DNA from: Oceanispirochaeta sp.
GTDB lineage: Bacteria > Spirochaetota > Spirochaetia > DSM-2461
Direction of reading: 5' to 3'
NCBI GenBank assembly: GCA_963666275.2
Contig: CAXXOA010000002.1
Location: 1,120,001 to 1,184,000, forward strand
Length of the DNA stretch: 64,000 nt
Shown: positions 59,118 to 64,000 of the stretch, piece after piece
Position numbering within the stretch: position 1 is the first letter of the stretch
Layout of the letters: each line of letters opens with the position of its first letter
Notes under the pieces: model-generated
Told to the model about the DNA's origin: nothing
The model's input: the letters and a program-made list of their open reading frames with translations, nothing else
The model's database searches: none
Program-made: the position numbers and the translations under genes

Positions 59118-59378
59118 TTAATTAATAATATCCCAATCAGGATTACTTCTTTCCGGAACAGAATCCATTATAGCATCAAATTTCTTAAGAATATCTCTTT
59201 TGCTGCTCTTTAGTTCATTTCTGAAAAACTGATTTGATTCAAGCTCTGCCAATTCTTTTGTAAATGAGTACAACGCAAACTGATTAATTGAAACTCCTTG
59301 GAGAAGTGCAAATTTTTCAATTCTGCTCTTTAATTCTTCGGGTACACGTATTGTCATTACATTACTATTCTTCTTCAT
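59118..59378 (-). CDS. RHH/HicB-like antitoxin (cassette 1)
   Basis: MTIRVPEELKSRI...GVSINQF. Confidence 0.8.
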   Translation of the reverse strand: MKKNSNVMTIRVPEELKSRIEKFALLQGVSINQFALYSFTKELAELESNQFFRNELKSSKRDILKKFDAIMDSVPERSNPDWDIIN

Positions 59379-59808
59379 TTTCTTTCCTCCACATCTTTAG
59401 AAAGTCGCTTGGAGTAATTACTGTATATGAATCTAGCGATAAATCATTTCCGATCGTAAAATCATTAATATTCTTTGTTATCAAATATTTACTTCCACTA
59501 TTAAAAGCCAACTCAGCGAATATATTGTCTTTTTCATCCCGTAAATTTGGTCTCCATAAATAATTCATGACAAATGGTTCTGCCACAAGAGCAATGAATT
59601 CCAAAACGGTATCAATGTCTTCTTCTGTCTTTTGTATAAAATCCAATGTTCTTTTTCGTTTCAGAACATCCTGATATTCCTGGAATACTGGAATGGAGAT
59701 AGTCATGGTAATTTCTCCATTTCGTACTAGTTTAAGAATTTGATGAGATGCACCAGTACTACTGTATAAGGCCTGAAATAAAATATTTGTATCAATTGTG
59801 ACTCTCAT
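59365..59808 (-). CDS. PIN-domain toxin (cassette 1)
   Basis: TIDTNIL, LRDEKDNIFAELA, ITKNINDF. Confidence 0.9.
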   Translation of the reverse strand: MRVTIDTNILFQALYSSTGASHQILKLVRNGEITMTISIPVFQEYQDVLKRKRTLDFIQKTEEDIDTVLEFIALVAEPFVMNYLWRPNLRDEKDNIFAELAFNSGSKYLITKNINDFTIGNDLSLDSYTVITPSDFLKMWRKENEEE

Positions 59809-59814
59809 GTGATA

Positions 59815-59843
59815 ATGATAGCATATATGACTTCACATTTCAA
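59815..59843 (-). promoter_or_regulatory. sigma70 promoter of the TA cassette
   Basis: TTGAAA-N17-TATCAT, 6 nt before the ATG. Confidence 0.65.
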
Positions 59844-59970
59844 TGTTTATAATATTTGATTTATTCTGAGGAAGTTTATCTGATTTTTAACAGATAAATT
59901 CATTAGGTTGATAATGTTAAGATTTAGTTTATAAATGAATTATTAATAATTTATTTATAAACCTGATTCT

Positions 59971-60104
59971 ATAGAACATTACTTATTATACTGTTCAGTA
60001 TAATTCAGCCCTTACTGCAGTGATAACTTCAAAATCCACAGTTATCTAGACATTTCTGCAGTATAACTACTCATATAATCCAGTTATACAGAACAGTATA
60101 ATAA
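59971..60104 (-). other. Candidate attI-like site at the array head
   Basis: G|TTCTAT at 59977-59971 complements ATAGAAC of attC1; no attC hairpin upstream, but palindromes and repeats. Confidence 0.5.
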
Positions 60105-60568
60105 ACCCATACCACCTTTTTATCCTTTGCTTTTTTAAAAAACCTTCCCAATAGGGATAGTAAGGGAGCCGCAGGCTGTGTTCGTAAGAACACCGGAGCC
60201 CTGCATAGCCCGGCCCCCGGCAGGGGGATTTGCCATCTATCGGAACAATGGATTCATGACTCACCCGGAGGTATCATATTTTCCGGAAATTATCACTCGA
60301 CACAGCAGAAAAACAGATTGGATCACCCCTGCCGCTCGAAACAGAACCGTTACAGCTTTTGAAATGCACCAATCTTCATAAGGGTACCCCGAACCACCGG
60401 ACTTTCCTATACTAACTTTAGTTAGCATGTAAACTATATAAATGATTAAAATATATGAAGATAGGAATTTTCCCCGATTTCCTGACCGGGAAAAACCGCC
60501 CGGAAATATATACAGCCGCAAGAACCGGGCATACAATATTTCAAGTAATCCAACCCAAGGAGATATCC

Positions 60569-61135
60569 ATGATATTACCCCAGACAAAACAATCAGAACT
60601 GCCGAAAGAAGCTGCCTTTACAGACAGGATGTGGAACGACCTGGTAGACCGGACCGCCGGACTGTTCCATTTCGATGACCCCCGGAAGGAGAAGATGGCA
60701 AACCATCAGGTTATGAAGCTGGTGGGGGCGCTGCCTTTTCTGGCGGGCTGCCGCAACCCTTACAGGATCGCCCTGAGTCATCTGGCTACCTATGTGATGG
60801 CCGCCTCGGAAGGAGGGAAGGACCTGTTTCTCCACAGCTTTGCCGACAACAGCGATCTGTTTTCCCGGCTGGAGAGGATCAGTCATTTTGACGGAGGAGA
60901 TCCCGCGGTGATTCAGCGGGGGATGAATCTGCTGGCCCTGGCCATGCTGGAGGACCACCGCAAAGACAGCCTGGAGGACAGGCAGAACAGGAAATACAAC
61001 CCCCTGAACGCCGGCGCCTGGGACTATGAAAAAATGGCAGGGGAACTGAAAAAAGCGATAGCCAGTGTCGACTGTCCCGGCATGGAGCAGATCCTCTCTT
61101 CGGGCCCCGGGCCGGACGGGTACTGGGACGTTTGA
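60569..61135 (+). CDS. Hypothetical protein
   Basis: AAGGAG RBS; host-like codon usage. Confidence 0.7.
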   Translation: MILPQTKQSELPKEAAFTDRMWNDLVDRTAGLFHFDDPRKEKMANHQVMKLVGALPFLAGCRNPYRIALSHLATYVMAASEGGKDLFLHSFADNSDLFSRLERISHFDGGDPAVIQRGMNLLALAMLEDHRKDSLEDRQNRKYNPLNAGAWDYEKMAGELKKAIASVDCPGMEQILSSGPGPDGYWDV

Positions 61136-61166
61136 TTCGTACGCCCAAATCGATTACAACTAGGGA

Positions 61167-62051
61167 ATGATTAAAAATGAAATATTACGAATCCAATACA
61201 GAATAGCTCTATTAGTCTCTACCGTAGGAATTACGGTTACCTTTCTGAATATCATTCTCCTTATATCCGCCCGGGGAAGGACACTTCTCCAGGCGGTTGT
61301 TCATCCCTCGGTGCTTCTTGTCTTCCTCTTTTCCCTGCTGCTTTTCCTGACCAGGAAAAACCGGGGCACCTATGTGCGGTATCTGCAGGTCTTTATCTTT
61401 CTGGCCAACGCCGCGGTGGCCCTGCTGGACCAGTACGACTCCTTTGCGGGCATGGGGTTTGCCATCCTTTCGCTGATCCTGGCCTACAGGTACGGGCTTC
61501 TGAAAAAACGGACCAAACTGAAGCTCCTGCTTCTCGCCGGTTTTTTTCTTTTCATACTGGAGTTTTCCATAGTCCGGAAAGGGGGAGACCACATAGGATC
61601 CAGCATTAATATTCTGATGTACCTGGGCTTTTTCCTCACCATAACCTACCTGATCTATTCCAGCGAAATCAACAGGATCCTGAACATCGAGATGCAGTAT
61701 AAAAAGAGCCTGAGCGATATGGAGGAGGAAAAGCAGCAGCTGGCCCGGGACATCCAGGCCCACCACAGGGATATCCGGGACAAACAGAGCCGGATCAGCG
61801 AACTGGAAGACCGGATCCAGCGGCTCACCCCGCCGGATAAAACCCTGGATTTTTCGGAATTCCGCATTACCCCCAAAGAGGAGGAAGTGATCCGGGAATT
61901 CTGCCTGAATACCCACCTGACCAATAAGGAGATCGCCCATAACCTGGGCCTGACCACGGGGACGGTGAAACAGCACTTCAACCGGATCTTCCGCAAAATG
62001 GGAATCCGCTCCCGGCAGGAACTGCTAGACAAATGCCGTTGGAATTTCTGA
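61167..62051 (+). CDS. Membrane-bound LuxR-type regulator
   Basis: ~6 TM, coiled coil, TNKEIAHNLGLTTGTVKQH. Confidence 0.85.
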   Translation: MIKNEILRIQYRIALLVSTVGITVTFLNIILLISARGRTLLQAVVHPSVLLVFLFSLLLFLTRKNRGTYVRYLQVFIFLANAAVALLDQYDSFAGMGFAILSLILAYRYGLLKKRTKLKLLLLAGFFLFILEFSIVRKGGDHIGSSINILMYLGFFLTITYLIYSSEINRILNIEMQYKKSLSDMEEEKQQLARDIQAHHRDIRDKQSRISELEDRIQRLTPPDKTLDFSEFRITPKEEEVIREFCLNTHLTNKEIAHNLGLTTGTVKQHFNRIFRKMGIRSRQELLDKCRWNF

Positions 62052-63257
62052 CAGCTCTTCTCTGAAGACAGACTTTTTTTCGCTCCCGTATATCCGGGCA
62101 TCCTGATCTATCCTGTAGATCATTACCTTCATCCGGCATCCGATCAGATTTTCCGGTTTGCCCTCCATCGTGTCCTTGAGTTCGGTAAAGGGAATCAACA
62201 CCTCGAACCTGTTATTCAGCTTTCCCAGAAGAAAGGTTTCGAATCTTTCCAGCACCTCTACAGAAACCAGGGTATATACCTCGGGAAATCCCCGCATACT
62301 CCGGGGATCCTGAGACTCATCCCGGCGGCTCAGGATCAGCCGGCCCCGTTTCAGGTCGATCTCCTTTAAAAGCAGACTGTACTCCCGGCCTTCCTCAAAT
62401 TCCGGGGGAGGGTCCATCAGATTCCAGCTGAAGTCCTCCCTGTACATCACACCCTTCAGGCCCCTGAAGTCCAGGATCACCGCCTCGGAAAACTGTCTGA
62501 CCACCCGGCAGAGCAGGAGCTCTCCCGCTTCCAGCTCAAGCCTCCTCATGTTCAGCTCAAAATCGATCCGTTTTTCCGAAGAAACCGCAGAGGACAGGCG
62601 CCTGACCGATTCGGTCCGGTTCGGGCTGTCGATAAGATAGAACCGGTCGCAGCAGATCCAGCTCTCTTCGCTGGGCTCTTCCCCGTTTTTATGATAGATC
62701 CCGATCCGGATATGGGGAGACAGGTAGAACCTCCGGGAGGGATCCGTCAGGAAGTGGATCAGTCCTGTTACCTCTTCGGTCAGGTCCACGCTGCACAGGG
62801 GGAGTTCCTTCAGCTCCGGGAGCAGGATATTCATCATCAGGCCCCTGTCATCCAGATCGGTAAGCTGGCTGTATAAATGCAGGATATCCGCTTTTCCCCG
62901 GATCGGGGCAAGATACTCTTTTTCGAAGATCCCGGTTCCTTTTTGTCCCATGGAAAGGGCCAATCCTCTTAACAGGGCCAGTTCCAGAGCTTTATTCAGA
63001 ACCGTCGAAATCTGTCTGAAACTCCTTTTATAGCTGCGATACAGAAAATGCGAAAAAGCCCGGAGAACCATGGGCGGCTCATCTTCCGCGTTATTGAGTA
63101 CGGGGATAATGAGTTTTTCCCGGTTGATCCTGTAGGATTCAAGATTTTCGGGGCTGATCCATTTGATTCTGAAAAGAGAGTTCCTGTTTTTCAGATAGTT
63201 TATGAGGCTGTTGTGATAGGCGGCATTCAGACGAAATCGTTTGTATCCTGATAACAT
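62025..63257 (-). CDS. Protein with C-terminal S1-like domains
   Basis: VILDFRGLKGVMYREDFSW...IDLKRGRLILSRR. Confidence 0.6.
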   Translation of the reverse strand: MLSGYKRFRLNAAYHNSLINYLKNRNSLFRIKWISPENLESYRINREKLIIPVLNNAEDEPPMVLRAFSHFLYRSYKRSFRQISTVLNKALELALLRGLALSMGQKGTGIFEKEYLAPIRGKADILHLYSQLTDLDDRGLMMNILLPELKELPLCSVDLTEEVTGLIHFLTDPSRRFYLSPHIRIGIYHKNGEEPSEESWICCDRFYLIDSPNRTESVRRLSSAVSSEKRIDFELNMRRLELEAGELLLCRVVRQFSEAVILDFRGLKGVMYREDFSWNLMDPPPEFEEGREYSLLLKEIDLKRGRLILSRRDESQDPRSMRGFPEVYTLVSVEVLERFETFLLGKLNNRFEVLIPFTELKDTMEGKPENLIGCRMKVMIYRIDQDARIYGSEKKSVFREELSEIPTAFV

Positions 63258-63258
63258 G

Positions 63259-63552
63259 CTAAAACGAACCCTTCAGGGATTCCCGGCAGACCGTACTGCG
63301 GCAGCAGAAATGGTACCGGCCGTCCAGGATGGCAAGGTATCCGACCTCATCTTCTCTCAGGGCTTTGCCGCAGCAGAGGCAGTGCCCGGTCCCTTCCGGA
63401 AGGAGCGCCTTTAAGTCACTGCCGAGAATCCCGGGCAGATCATAAACACTCCCCTGAGGGGGATTTTTTATATATCTGCTGACGGCGAAGTCCAGCAGCT
63501 CTTTGAATCTTTTAAGGGGACGCTCTGTGGTGTTTTTTCTGATATGTTTCAT
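63259..63552 (-). CDS. Small Cys-rich hypothetical protein
   Basis: CLCCG...FCCRSTVC. Confidence 0.5.
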   Translation of the reverse strand: MKHIRKNTTERPLKRFKELLDFAVSRYIKNPPQGSVYDLPGILGSDLKALLPEGTGHCLCCGKALREDEVGYLAILDGRYHFCCRSTVCRESLKGSF

Positions 63553-63810
63553 GATTCCCGAACTCTTTTTTTCTATATGACTTATTTAATCTTAATACCG
63601 GAACCGGGGAAGAAACAGACTAACTTTAGTTACAGACCGTCCGGAAGGGGGCCTGAAACCGTCCGGAGCCTGCTGGAAATGCCATGACCCGGGGGAAAAT
63701 GCCCATTCACAGGCAAATGGTCTGGAATGACCCGGTCTCTATATAGATTATCTTTCGCTAATAGAGTACTGTTCTCTGACTCCCTGAAGGGGAGGGAAAG
63801 GAAGACATTA

Positions 63811-64000
63811 ATGCCACATAACAACTCATATAATAAAGATTTGCGGAATATAGCCATAATCGCTCACGTAGACCACGGGAAAACCACACTGGTAGACTCC
63901 ATGTTCAGCCAGAGCGGGGTATTTCGGGAAGGTCAGGAAGCGGCAGAGCGCCTGATGGACAATATGGACCTGGAGCGGGAGCGGGGAATTACCATTGCCG
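63811..64000 (+). CDS. typA: Translational GTPase TypA/BipA (5' part)
   Basis: Hand translation [26 protein letters not shown]...[14 protein letters not shown]. Confidence 0.92.
   Translation, partial: MPHNNSYNKDLRNIAIIAHVDHGKTTLVDSMFSQSGVFREGQEAAERLMDNMDLERERGITIA

Noticed and set aside
60067..61135. Integron integrase next to the array head
   Set aside because: No tyrosine recombinase R...HxxR...Y motifs in any ORF there.

Overview
Bacterial chromosomal window, probably from a free-living anaerobic spirochaete (inferred from lipoprotein style and gene content, not verified). Bases 1-42 kb and 60-64 kb are host-like: a UbiD/ABC/tandem-FolB cluster, c-di-GMP genes, lplA, a DRE-TIM aldolase behind a Phe-rich attenuator, a LacI/sugar ABC/GH32 operon, two flavinylated extracytoplasmic reductase loci, oxyR-ahpCF and the start of typA. 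About 42.4-60.0 kb is a mostly AT-rich integron-type cassette array on the minus strand, with 6-7 cassettes and no integrase in the window. The cassettes are defined by attC hairpins and self-matching GTTnnnn/nnnnAAC core sites. One attC holds a full class IIC group II intron. Three other cassette ends carry 5'-truncated copies of the same intron (271, ~69 and 30 nt). Cargo: a PIN toxin-antitoxin pair, DUF952+GNAT, a HEPN-like protein plus coiled-coil K+ channel, an OLD ATPase-TOPRIM plus Vsr-like nuclease (candidate defence system), Fic and a BNR lipoprotein. An IS66 and an IS110 fragment are also present. Strongest novelty candidates: the intron-scarred cassette array, its two-gene defence-like cassettes, the Phe-attenuated aldolase, and FolB paralogues with Glu->Gln changes. 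All family calls come from motif recognition, not database searches.
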